Assembly (NCBI GenBank): GCA_021798415.1 | Contig: JAJZGO010000003.1 | Span: 1 to 52,061, forward strand | Direction of reading: 5' to 3' | DNA length: 52,061 bases | Source: Thermoplasmata archaeon | GTDB taxonomy: Archaea; Thermoplasmatota; Thermoplasmata; Lutacidiplasmatales; UBA184 | Shown: positions 7,825-16,202 of the stretch, one piece after another | How the letters are laid out: the number at the start of each line of letters is the position of its first letter | How positions within the stretch are numbered: position 1 is the first letter of the stretch | Notes under the pieces: model-generated | Database searches by the model: none | What the model was told of the DNA's origin: nothing | Seen by the model: only the letters and a program-made list of their open reading frames with translations | Made by a program: the position numbers and the translations under genes

Positions 7825-9129
7825 ATGCGCCTCGAGCGTCCGGTCCTCCAGGTGGCCCTCGACTTCGAGAACCTCTCCCGGGCGATGCTCGCCGCGCGGG
7901 AGGCGGTCGACGGCGGCGCCGACTGGGTCGAGGCCGGGACCCCGCTCATCAAGAGCGAGGGACTGAACGCTGTCCGCGAGCTCAAGAAGGCGTTCCCCGA
8001 CCACCGCGTCGTCGCCGACATGAAGGTGATGGACACCGGCGCGTTCGAGGTCGAGATCGCCGCGAAGTCGGGCGCCGACCTCGTCACGGTCCTCGGCGCC
8101 GCCGACGACGACACGATCGCGGAGGCGGTGCGCGGTGGCGAGCTCTACGGCGCCGAGGTCGTCGTCGACCTGCTCGGCGTCCCGGACCCCGTCGCGCGGG
8201 CAAAGCGGGCCGCCGAGCTCGGTGCCGGCGCCGTCTGCTTCCACATCGGCATCGACATGCAGATGCAGGGGAAGACGCCGTTCGCGGTGCTGGGCGAGCT
8301 CGCGAAGGCGTCGCCGATCCCGGTCGCGGTCGCGGGCGGCCTCAACAGCGAGACGGTCGCCGAAGCGGTCCGGGCGGGCGCCCAGATCCTGATCGTCGGC
8401 GGCGCGATCACGAAGAGCCCCCGGATGGCCGAGGCGACGCGACGGATCCGGGAGGCGATCGCGACCCAGACGGAGGTCGCGACCGAGCTCTTCCGCCGCT
8501 ACTCGGGCGACGAGGTGCGCACGGCGTTCCTCAAGGTCTCGAGCCCGAACGTGACCGACGCGATGCAACGCCAGGGGGCGATGCACGGGATCGTCCCCCG
8601 CCTGCGCGACCGATCGGTGCGGGTCGCCGGACCCGCGGTCACGGTCGTGACGCGGGACGGCGACTGGGCGAAGCCCGTCGAAGCGATCGACCGGGCGGGG
8701 CCGGGCGACGTGATCGTCATCGACGTCGGAGGGGGTCCCACGGCCGTCTGGGGGGAGCTCGCGAGCTGGAGCGCGCACGGCCGCAAGGTCGCCGCGGTCG
8801 TCATCGACGGCGCGATCCGCGACCTCGACGCGATACTCGACCTCGGCTTCCCCGCGTTCAGCCGGTCGGTGAGCTCCGACGCCGGCGAGCCGAAGGGCCA
8901 CGGCGAGATCGGGGTCGAGGTGACGGTCGGGGGCCAGCGCGTTCGTCCGGGCGATTGGATCGTCGGCGACGCGAGCGGGCTCGTGGTCGTGCCCCGGGAG
9001 CGGGCGCAGGAGGTCGCGAACCGGGCGCTCGACGTCCTCGAGCACGAGAACCGTGTCCGCGAGGAGATCCAGCGGGGCTCCACCCTGAGCGCCGTCCAGA
9101 AGCTCGAACGCTGGGAGCGGGTCGGCTAG
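7825..9129 (+). CDS. hxlA: 3-hexulose-6-phosphate synthase (OMPDC-like barrel) fused to an RraA/HMG-aldolase-like domain
   Basis: LQVALD, WVEAGTPLIKSEG, VVADMKVMDTG, AVAGGL, IVGGAIT; C-terminal SPNVTDAM, GDWAKPVEAI, AVWGELA, VIDGAIRD, PGDWIVGDASGLVVVP. Confidence 0.9.
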   Translation: MRLERPVLQVALDFENLSRAMLAAREAVDGGADWVEAGTPLIKSEGLNAVRELKKAFPDHRVVADMKVMDTGAFEVEIAAKSGADLVTVLGAADDDTIAEAVRGGELYGAEVVVDLLGVPDPVARAKRAAELGAGAVCFHIGIDMQMQGKTPFAVLGELAKASPIPVAVAGGLNSETVAEAVRAGAQILIVGGAITKSPRMAEATRRIREAIATQTEVATELFRRYSGDEVRTAFLKVSSPNVTDAMQRQGAMHGIVPRLRDRSVRVAGPAVTVVTRDGDWAKPVEAIDRAGPGDVIVIDVGGGPTAVWGELASWSAHGRKVAAVVIDGAIRDLDAILDLGFPAFSRSVSSDAGEPKGHGEIGVEVTVGGQRVRPGDWIVGDASGLVVVPRERAQEVANRALDVLEHENRVREEIQRGSTLSAVQKLERWERVG

Positions 9130-9280
9130 CCCGCGGTCGCGAACGCCCGGGCGGCGGGGCCGAGACCGAGCGCCGCGGAGGGGGAGGGCCTCCTGCTCCT
9201 CGTCGGCGGCCGCAGCGTGCGCGCTCCCCGATCGTGGCGGAGACGCCCGTTCCCGGTCCCACCGGGCAAGGAGCGAGCGG

Positions 9281-10111
9281 CTAGAGCCCTCGCCCGGCCC
9301 CTGCCGAGGGGGGCCCGGGCTCGATGTCCCGGAGGACCCGGCTCCGCTGCCAGAGACCCGAGCGGATCGAGTCGAGATAACGGACCTGGTGGCGGGTCGG
9401 TCCCCGCCAAAAGACCGTCCACGGAAACGGATACTCCACCTCGTAGAGCACGAGCGGCTCGGGGTCGGCGAGCGGGAGCGTGAGCCGTTCCCGGCCCCGG
9501 AGCGCGCCTTCGAGCCGAGCGAGCGGTAGCCGTCCGGCGTCGTGTTGGCGCAGCGCCGCGACGATCTTCCGGACCATGCCCCAGACGAACGACGGGGCGC
9601 GGACCTCGATCTGCAGGCCGCCGTCCACGGGATCGACGGTGACGGCGTCGACGTCCCGCCAGACCGGCGCGCCGGCGCCAAGGCCCCGTCCGAACGAACG
9701 GACGTCGACCGTACCGACAAAACGACGGGCCGCCTCCCGCCACCGCGCGAGGTCCGGCGCCGTCGCCGCCTCGTGATAGCGGTAGACCCGGCGGACCGCG
9801 GAACGCACCCGCGCGTCGTCCGCGAGCGGAACGGCCGCGGTGAAGAAGAGCTCGGGCGAGAGGCCGTTCAGCGACCTCAGGAGGTTCGGGCCCGAAAGGT
9901 CGGAACGCAGCGCGAGCGCGTTCGCCCGCGCGCTCACGCCCCGGTCCGTCCGGCTCGCGACCTCGAGACAGGCGTCGGCCTCCGACTCCGCGATCCCCCA
10001 GCGCACGAGCCCGCGGCGGATCTCGCCTTCGACCGTGCGACGTCCGGGCTGGCGGGCCCACCCCCAGAACGAGCGGCCGTCGTAGCCGAACCGAACGAGC
10101 CAGCGCGCCGT
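9281..10111 (-). CDS. truA: tRNA pseudouridine(38-40) synthase TruA; start uncertain (candidate ACG at 10111)
   Basis: RFGYDGRSFWGWARQPGRRTVEG, catalytic ASRTDRGVSA, SFVWGMVRKIV. The conserved N-terminus lies upstream of the first GTG (10006) and downstream of an in-frame TAG at 10201-10199. Confidence 0.85.
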   Translation of the reverse strand, partial: TARWLVRFGYDGRSFWGWARQPGRRTVEGEIRRGLVRWGIAESEADACLEVASRTDRGVSARANALALRSDLSGPNLLRSLNGLSPELFFTAAVPLADDARVRSAVRRVYRYHEAATAPDLARWREAARRFVGTVDVRSFGRGLGAGAPVWRDVDAVTVDPVDGGLQIEVRAPSFVWGMVRKIVAALRQHDAGRLPLARLEGALRGRERLTLPLADPEPLVLYEVEYPFPWTVFWRGPTRHQVRYLDSIRSGLWQRSRVLRDIEPGPPSAGAGRGL

Positions 10112-10183
10112 GTCCGGCCGGACCGGCGGGGCGACTAAGCCTCTCCCGTCCGTCGGACCTGCGCCCGAAATGCGTGAGAAACC

Positions 10184-10240
10184 GTCACAGATATGTATCT
10201 ATTGTCATGTATACAGTCTAAAGTCACTTTCTATATATCT
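10184..10240 (+). promoter_or_regulatory. AT-rich pst promoter with repeated GTCAY half-sites and a TATA box
   Basis: GTCAC 10184, GTCAT 10204, GTCAC 10223; CTATATAT 10231-10238; strongly AT-rich island in a GC-rich background, upstream of pstS. Confidence 0.6.
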
Positions 10241-10457
10241 CTTACAGGGCTCGGACGGACGGTGACGGCGACCGGGAACCGGGAGGACCGAGGACCTCCT
10301 CGGGTCGGCGGTGGAGAGATCCACGGAACCGAGCGAGGCCAACGAATGAGACGGATCGACCACCCAGAGACCGGACCCACGGCCGACCCTCGACGCCCGC
10401 GAGCGGGCGCCTCGGGGCGCCCGTCCCGCACGTCACCGCACGGAGGAACCTAGTGCC

Positions 10458-11720
10458 ATGAGCGGAACCGCCCAGAGCCCACCGACGACGAACGACAGCC
10501 TCACGGGGTCGCTTCCCCGCACGTCCCGGCGACGGACGCTATCGGCCGGAGCGGCCGTGGCGGTCGCGATCGTCCTCTTGATCGTCGGGATCGGCGCGGG
10601 GTACGCCCTCGGGAAGTACGCCGGGGGGTCCTCGACTACCTCTCCCTCGGGAGGCTGCGCGACCACGATCTCCGAGACGGGGTCGAGCCTGATCTACCCC
10701 TACCTCCAGATCCTCTCGCCGAACTTCACGGCCCAGAATCCCGGTATCTGCCTCTCTCCGGCGTCCACCGGTAGCGGTACCGGTATCAGCTCGGCCGAGT
10801 CGGGCGTTGTCGACATCGGCGGCACCGACGCCTACCTCTTGCCGGCGACCGCGGCCCAGTACAACCTGATCAACGTCCCGATCGCGATCTCGTCGCAGCT
10901 CGTCGTCTACAACCTCCCCGGTATCTCCCAGCACCTGAACTTCAACGGCACGGTGCTCTCGATGATCTACCAGGGCGCGATCACGACCTGGAACAACCCC
11001 CTCATCCAGGCCGCGAACCCGGGCGTCAGCCTCCCCTCCAACACGATCGTCCCGATCCACCGGTCGGACGGGAGCGGGGACACCTTCATGTGGTCGTCGC
11101 TCTGCTACCTGTCCTGGGCCGGCTGGAAGCAGGGGTACGGGACGACGATCTCGTGGCCGGTGGGACCCGGAGCGACGGGCAACGCGGGCATGGTCACGAC
11201 GTTGGGGAACACCCAGTACGGCATCGCCTACATCGGGATCAGCTACCTGACGCAGATCAAGGCGACCCCGGGACTCCAGTACGCGGCGGTCGGGGACCAG
11301 AACGCGAACTTCAACGGGACCGTGAGCTCGGGCGGGGCGGGAGCGGCGAACTACATCATGCCGACCCCGACCAACATCAGCCAGGACGCGAACCTGGCGC
11401 TCCAGAACCTGCAGCCCCCGAGCGTGGCGATCAGCCTCATCCTCGGTGGGGTGCCCGGTGCGACGAACCTCGTGCTCGGCCATGGGGGGACGAACGCGAC
11501 CTCCGCCGACCCGACGCCGTACCCGGACACCAACCTCGAGTACACGCTGATCTCCACGCACCCGGCGAGCACCTCCCACCAGAAGTGGGTCGTGGCGTTC
11601 CTCGAGTGGGCGCTCACGTACGGGGGGACGTACGCCTCGAAGGCGAACTTCCTGCCGCTGACCGCCACGGTGATCGGGTACGACATGCTGGCGCTCAACG
11701 CGGTACCGGTGAGCGCCTAG
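10458..11720 (+). CDS. pstS: Phosphate ABC transporter substrate-binding protein
   Basis: SD GGAGG; N-terminal TM anchor; ETGSSLIYP, STGSGTGI, DIGGTDA, HRSDGSGDT. Confidence 0.95.
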   Translation: MSGTAQSPPTTNDSLTGSLPRTSRRRTLSAGAAVAVAIVLLIVGIGAGYALGKYAGGSSTTSPSGGCATTISETGSSLIYPYLQILSPNFTAQNPGICLSPASTGSGTGISSAESGVVDIGGTDAYLLPATAAQYNLINVPIAISSQLVVYNLPGISQHLNFNGTVLSMIYQGAITTWNNPLIQAANPGVSLPSNTIVPIHRSDGSGDTFMWSSLCYLSWAGWKQGYGTTISWPVGPGATGNAGMVTTLGNTQYGIAYIGISYLTQIKATPGLQYAAVGDQNANFNGTVSSGGAGAANYIMPTPTNISQDANLALQNLQPPSVAISLILGGVPGATNLVLGHGGTNATSADPTPYPDTNLEYTLISTHPASTSHQKWVVAFLEWALTYGGTYASKANFLPLTATVIGYDMLALNAVPVSA

Positions 11721-11738
11721 ACGGATCCGAGGTGCGAC

Positions 11739-12773
11739 GTGGGAAGTGCCGGAGTCCAACCTCTTCCGGAGCCCGCGGGCGGGGAGCCCGCGGTCCCTCC
11801 GTCTTCCTCGGCCTCGGATCGCTCGGGGCCGAGCCTCTGGGCGTGGGTCGGTAGCCCGCTCGCGCTGATCCCCCTCGTGCTCGTCGCGGCGGTCGCGACC
11901 GTCCTCGTCGTCGCGAGCGGCCTCCACAACTTCGGAGGGACGTTCTGGGGGATCCTCTACAACTTCGTGCCGGGCGATCCCGGAGGGTCGAGCTGGGGGA
12001 TCGGTGCGTACGTGGTCGGCACCGCGCTCACCGCCGGGCTCGCGCTCCTCCTCGCCACCGCGCTGAGCCTCGCCCTCTCGATCTCGATCGTCGTCTACCT
12101 GCCCACGGTCGCGAGCCGCATCCTCGCGATCCTGACGAACCTCCTCGCCGGCATCCCGAGCGTCGTGTATGGGATCTGGGGGTTCGTGATCCTCGCCCCC
12201 TTCTTCGGCCTCACCCTCGAGCCCTCGATGCGCGATGCGATCGGTTGGCTCCCCGGCTTCGGCGGACCCGCCTCCGCGATCGGGTCGTGGGGGATCCTGC
12301 TGGCCGTCTTCCTCCTCACGATCATGATCATCCCGTTGACGACGGCGCTGATGAGGGAGGCCCTTCGCAGCGTTCCGCACGACCTCGTCGAGGCCGGCCT
12401 CGCCCTCGGCGCGACCCGCTGGGAGGTCGCCCGCCGGGTCCGCATGCGCTCGGCCCGCCTCGGGATCTGGAGCGCCATCCTCCTCGGGTTCGGTCGGGCC
12501 GTCGGGGAGAGCGTCGCGGTCGCGATGGTGATCGGAGCCGTCCCGAGGCTCCCCGAGAGCCTCTACTCGCCGTCCACGAGCCTCGCGTCGTTCATCTTCT
12601 ACCAGCTCGACAGCGCCTTCTACTACCCCGACCTTCTCAAGTTCCTCGTCGAGGTCGCGCTCGTCCTGCTCCTCATCTCGCTGGCCGCGAACGTCCTCGC
12701 CCAGCGGCTCACGCGCACGGAGATCGCGACGGCGACGACCGTGGGGGCCGCGGGAGGATTGGAGACCCAATGA
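11739..12773 (+). CDS. pstC: Phosphate ABC transporter permease PstC
   Basis: SD GAGGTG; LAGIPSVVYGIWG, EAGLALGATRWE, GRAVGESVAV. Confidence 0.95.
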   Translation: MGSAGVQPLPEPAGGEPAVPPSSSASDRSGPSLWAWVGSPLALIPLVLVAAVATVLVVASGLHNFGGTFWGILYNFVPGDPGGSSWGIGAYVVGTALTAGLALLLATALSLALSISIVVYLPTVASRILAILTNLLAGIPSVVYGIWGFVILAPFFGLTLEPSMRDAIGWLPGFGGPASAIGSWGILLAVFLLTIMIIPLTTALMREALRSVPHDLVEAGLALGATRWEVARRVRMRSARLGIWSAILLGFGRAVGESVAVAMVIGAVPRLPESLYSPSTSLASFIFYQLDSAFYYPDLLKFLVEVALVLLLISLAANVLAQRLTRTEIATATTVGAAGGLETQ

Positions 12774-13690
12774 CCGGCCCGGCCGGGGCCGGGGGCCCCG
12801 CGCTCGCACCGCGGAACGAGCTCGTCGATAGTTCCGGACGGCTCCGACGGCGCCTTTTGTTCGACCGGGCGATCGGCTGGGCGCTCCCGCTCGCGTTCGT
12901 CGCGGTCCTCTTCCCGCTGTTCGACATGCTCTACTGGATCTCGACGAGGGCCCTCCCGACGTTCACGTGGGCGACCTTGACCGAGAACCAGGTGGGCACC
13001 GGTGGGGGGCTCTACCCGATGATCCTCGGAACGCTCGTCCTCATCGCTCTCGGGACCGCCCTCTCGACCGGGATCGGCCTCGTGGCGGGTTTCTACACGA
13101 GCGAGTATGCCCCCGCCCCGGTGGCCCGGGTCGCCCGGATCGCCGGGAACCTCCTCGCGGGCGTGCCCGCGATCGTGCTCGGGTACTTCGGCTACTTCCT
13201 CCTCGTGCTGTACACCCACTGGGGGTTCACGGCCCTCGCCGGCGGGATCACGCTCGGGATCTTCATGACCCCGTACGTCTACCGCACGGCCGACGTCGCG
13301 CTCAGCAACGTGCCGCCGTCCCAGCGCGAGGCGGCGCTCGCGATGGGGAGCCGACGGGACCAGTACCTCGTTCGCATCGCTTTCCCGATCGCGCTCCCGA
13401 CCATCCTGACCGGGATCTTCTTTGCCATGGCGCTCGGTCTCGGGGAGGCCGCCCCGATCCTCTTCACCGCCGGCTTCAGCTCGACCCCGATCACGAGCCT
13501 GATGCAGCCGACCGGCTTCCTCTCGGGCGCCGTCTGGCTGTTCTACGACTTCCCGTCGACCTACGGGTCGTTCCTCGGCCTCGCGTTCCAGGCGGCGTTC
13601 CTGTCGGTCGTGATCGTGCTCGCCCTCAACGTCGCCGTCCAGCTCTTCTCCGACCGCTACCGCGAGCGCCTGCGGGGCCTCTACCAATGA
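12770..13690 (+). CDS. pstA: Phosphate ABC transporter permease PstA
   Basis: ATGA overlap with pstC; LAGVPAIVLG, EAALAMGS, GEAAPILFTAG. Confidence 0.95.
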   Translation: MTGPAGAGGPALAPRNELVDSSGRLRRRLLFDRAIGWALPLAFVAVLFPLFDMLYWISTRALPTFTWATLTENQVGTGGGLYPMILGTLVLIALGTALSTGIGLVAGFYTSEYAPAPVARVARIAGNLLAGVPAIVLGYFGYFLLVLYTHWGFTALAGGITLGIFMTPYVYRTADVALSNVPPSQREAALAMGSRRDQYLVRIAFPIALPTILTGIFFAMALGLGEAAPILFTAGFSSTPITSLMQPTGFLSGAVWLFYDFPSTYGSFLGLAFQAAFLSVVIVLALNVAVQLFSDRYRERLRGLYQ

Positions 13691-14472
13691 GCGCGACCCT
13701 CGGCGACGTCCCGCCGCCGGACGCCTCGGTGTTGACCGTCGAGCACCTGAGCGTCCGGGCCCCGACCAAGACGATCCTCTCCGACATCTCGATCGAGTTC
13801 CCCGACAAGGACGTGACGGGGATCATCGGCCCCTCCGGCTGCGGCAAGACCACGCTCATCCGCACGCTGAACCGGATGATCGACACGAGCCCGGGCCTCG
13901 TCGTCGAGGGGCGGGTACGCTACCGCGGGCAGGACATCTACGACCGCGCGGTGAACCCCGTGCTCGTCCGCCAGCGGATCGGGATGGTCTTCCAGCGACC
14001 GACCGTCTTCCCGCTGTCGGTCTTCGAGAACGTCGCCTTCGGCCTGCGCCTTCAGCGGGCCGAGGAGTCGACGGTCGAGGAGGTCGTCCGCCGCTCTCTC
14101 GTCCGGGCCGGGCTCTGGAACGAGATCGGGAACGACCTCGACCAGCCGGCGCTCGAGCTGTCGGGAGGCCAGCAGCAGCGCCTGTGCATCGCCCGGGCAC
14201 TCGCGATCGAGCCCCGCGTCCTCCTGTTCGACGAGCCGACGTCGAGCCTCGACCCGATCGCCGCGCAGAAGGTCGAAGAGCTCTTTGCCGAGCTCGCCCG
14301 GGACTTCGCGGTCATCATCGTGACGCACAACCTCACGCAGGCCGCGCGGGTCGCGAGCCGGACGGCGTTCCTCTACCAGGGACGCCTCGTCGAGTTCGCG
14401 CCCACCGAGGAGCTCTTCGAGCGCCCGCGGGAACGGCTGACGCAGGAGTACATCACGGGGAGATTCGGATAA
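13687..14472 (+). CDS. pstB: Phosphate ABC transporter ATP-binding protein
   Basis: GPSGCGKTT, IGMVFQRP, LSGGQQQRLCIARALA, LLFDEPTSSLDP, IVTHN, TQEYITGRFG. Confidence 0.97.
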   Translation: MSATLGDVPPPDASVLTVEHLSVRAPTKTILSDISIEFPDKDVTGIIGPSGCGKTTLIRTLNRMIDTSPGLVVEGRVRYRGQDIYDRAVNPVLVRQRIGMVFQRPTVFPLSVFENVAFGLRLQRAEESTVEEVVRRSLVRAGLWNEIGNDLDQPALELSGGQQQRLCIARALAIEPRVLLFDEPTSSLDPIAAQKVEELFAELARDFAVIIVTHNLTQAARVASRTAFLYQGRLVEFAPTEELFERPRERLTQEYITGRFG

Positions 14473-15203
14473 TGTCGGACGACCCGCCCCCCCCGGAGAA
14501 CCCTCGAGGACTGGACGCCGAGCTCGGACGGCTCAAAGGCCGGGCCGTGGAGATGGGGAGCTGGGCGCTCGCCATGGTCCACGACGGCTGGCAGGCGTTC
14601 CGCACGGGGGACCTCGACCTCGCCCAGGCGGTCCTCGACCGCGACACCCAGCTCGACCGGTTCGACCAGGACGTCGAGCACGAGGTCATCGGCTTCCTCG
14701 TGCTGCGCCAGCCCGCCGCCGGCGACCTGCGAACGGCCGCGGCCCTGCTCAAGACCACGACCCACCTCGACCGGATCGGGCGCCTGGGATTCGACATGGC
14801 CCGCATCGCGACCCCCGCCGAGGGTCACGACGTCGCGGAACTGGTGACGCTCCTAGAGTCGATGGACCAGGCGGTCGAGTCGATGGTCCGCCAGGCGCTG
14901 GACGCCCTCAACCGCGGCGACGCGGAGCTCGCCAAGGGGCTCTTCGCCCGCGACGACGAGGTCGACCGCATGCACCGTCAGGCGACGCGGATCGTGGTGC
15001 GCGAGCTCGTGCACGATCCCCTGCTCGCGCAACGGCTTTCGGGTTCCCTCCTGGTCGCGCGGCACTTCGAGCGGATCGCCGACAACGCCTGCAAGATCTG
15101 CGAGCGGACGATCTACGCGACGACCGGCCAGCGCCGGGCGGAGTACCTCCCGCGCCACCCCTACCGCCCCTACGTCCTCGAGCAACGGAACCGGGGACAG
15201 TGA
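14472..15203 (+). CDS. phoU: Phosphate uptake regulator PhoU
   Basis: Two PhoU repeats: RQPAAGDLR, LDRIGRL, DDEVDRMH, FERIADNACKICE; follows pstB with TAATG overlap. Confidence 0.93.
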   Translation: MSDDPPPPENPRGLDAELGRLKGRAVEMGSWALAMVHDGWQAFRTGDLDLAQAVLDRDTQLDRFDQDVEHEVIGFLVLRQPAAGDLRTAAALLKTTTHLDRIGRLGFDMARIATPAEGHDVAELVTLLESMDQAVESMVRQALDALNRGDAELAKGLFARDDEVDRMHRQATRIVVRELVHDPLLAQRLSGSLLVARHFERIADNACKICERTIYATTGQRRAEYLPRHPYRPYVLEQRNRGQ

Positions 15204-15300
15204 CCCCGCGGAGCGTGGGCCCTCCACGGGACCGGCGCGGACCGCCGAGGGCGCGAACGACGGAACACTTCAAGCGCCCCAACGACTAGGGGCCCTGGCT

Positions 15301-15401
15301 GCTCCCGTAGTCTAGTCCGGTCAAGGATAGAGGGCCTTCGAAACGTCCGTCGAGGACGTTGAGGAAACCCTCCAACGCGGGTTCGAATCCCGCCGGGAGC
15401 A
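15301..15401 (+). tRNA. tRNA-Glu(UUC) with a 26-nt canonical intron (15341-15366, position 37/38); C at position 33
   Basis: Acceptor GCTCCCG/CGGGAGC, discriminator A, T arm GCGGG-TTCGAAT-CCCGC, anticodon stem GAGGG/CCCTC. Perfect BHB: helix CCTT/GAGG, bulges CGA and AAA, intron stem AACGTCC/GGACGTT. Spliced loop CCUUCGA. CCA is not encoded. Confidence 0.88.
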
Positions 15402-15463
15402 TACCCAACTTGGTTCGGTACCTCGGCATCGGCACGCCGAAAGTGGGCCTCGGTCGCCCGTCG

Positions 15464-15775
15464 GTGGGGTCGAGATCCCCCGCTCCTTACCCGGCCGGCC
15501 CGAAGGCCTGCAAGACGTGCGCGAAGCCCACGTGGGCGGGTCACGTCCCCGATATGACGAGTGTCGCCTGGTTTGCCGCGACCATCGGATGGCTTTCCGG
15601 GTCCACCCGACCCTCGGGACCGGGATTGGGCGACTCGCTCGCGTCGGACCCGCTGGTCGAGCTCGGTTCGGCCGCGGCGGGCGCCTCCACGAAACGCCCG
15701 CGGTTTCCGGCCTGGCGCTGCCCGCGCTGTCGAATCGTGGAGTTTCCCCACGGCGAGGGGGCGACTCGACCGTAG
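15464..15775 (+). CDS. Small zinc-ribbon protein (DUF6487/PF20097-like layout)
   Basis: CKTC near the N-terminus and AWRCPRCRIVEF at the C-terminus; start uncertain (GTG 15443 or 15464). Confidence 0.5.
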   Translation: MGSRSPAPYPAGPKACKTCAKPTWAGHVPDMTSVAWFAATIGWLSGSTRPSGPGLGDSLASDPLVELGSAAAGASTKRPRFPAWRCPRCRIVEFPHGEGATRP

Positions 15776-15929
15776 GTAACCGCGCTCGTCGAACGGCCGC
15801 ACGATAGCACGCCACCGGCGCGGAGAGGCCCCGAGCCGAGCGAGGGAGAGGACCCGCGACACGAGGGTAGATATTCGGAGCCAGCCTTCACCTCCATCGC
15901 AACTCCGGCGAGGGGGACGCGATACCACC

Positions 15930-16202
15930 ATGGGTCCACGAGCGCGCGCCGCGGCGTCCTACGCGCCGGGACTCGTCTTGTTCGTGGCGGGGCTGATCGC
16001 TCTGGTCGCGATCCCGTTCGGAGGCTACCCGACATGCACGTGCTCCACCGGACCCAACGGGACGGTCTGTCCGACGTGCGCGCCGGTAGCGGTCCCTGTG
16101 GTCCCTCTCGGGCTCCTGCTGATAGTTGCCTCGGGCATCTACGTGCTTTCTGCCTTCCTCGTTCGGCTCACGCTTCGGCTCAATCCACCTATCCGGGGGT
16201 GA
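15930..16202 (+). CDS. Small two-TM membrane protein with a Cys-rich external loop
   Basis: TM - YPTCTCSTGPNGTVCPTCAP - TM; contains an NGT sequon; AT-rich AGATATT box upstream at about 15870. Confidence 0.55.
   Translation: MGPRARAAASYAPGLVLFVAGLIALVAIPFGGYPTCTCSTGPNGTVCPTCAPVAVPVVPLGLLLIVASGIYVLSAFLVRLTLRLNPPIRG

Noticed and set aside
6928-9720. 930-aa ORF suggesting a giant methyltransferase fusion
   Set aside because: The upstream part is antisense to HPS-RraA; the MTase starts at GTG 7773 behind its own TATA box.
15301-15401. Reading the tRNA as Arg(UCG)
   Set aside because: Requires a C31-A39 mismatch, a broken D-stem and an imperfect BHB helix, and lacks A20; the Glu(UUC) fold pairs perfectly.
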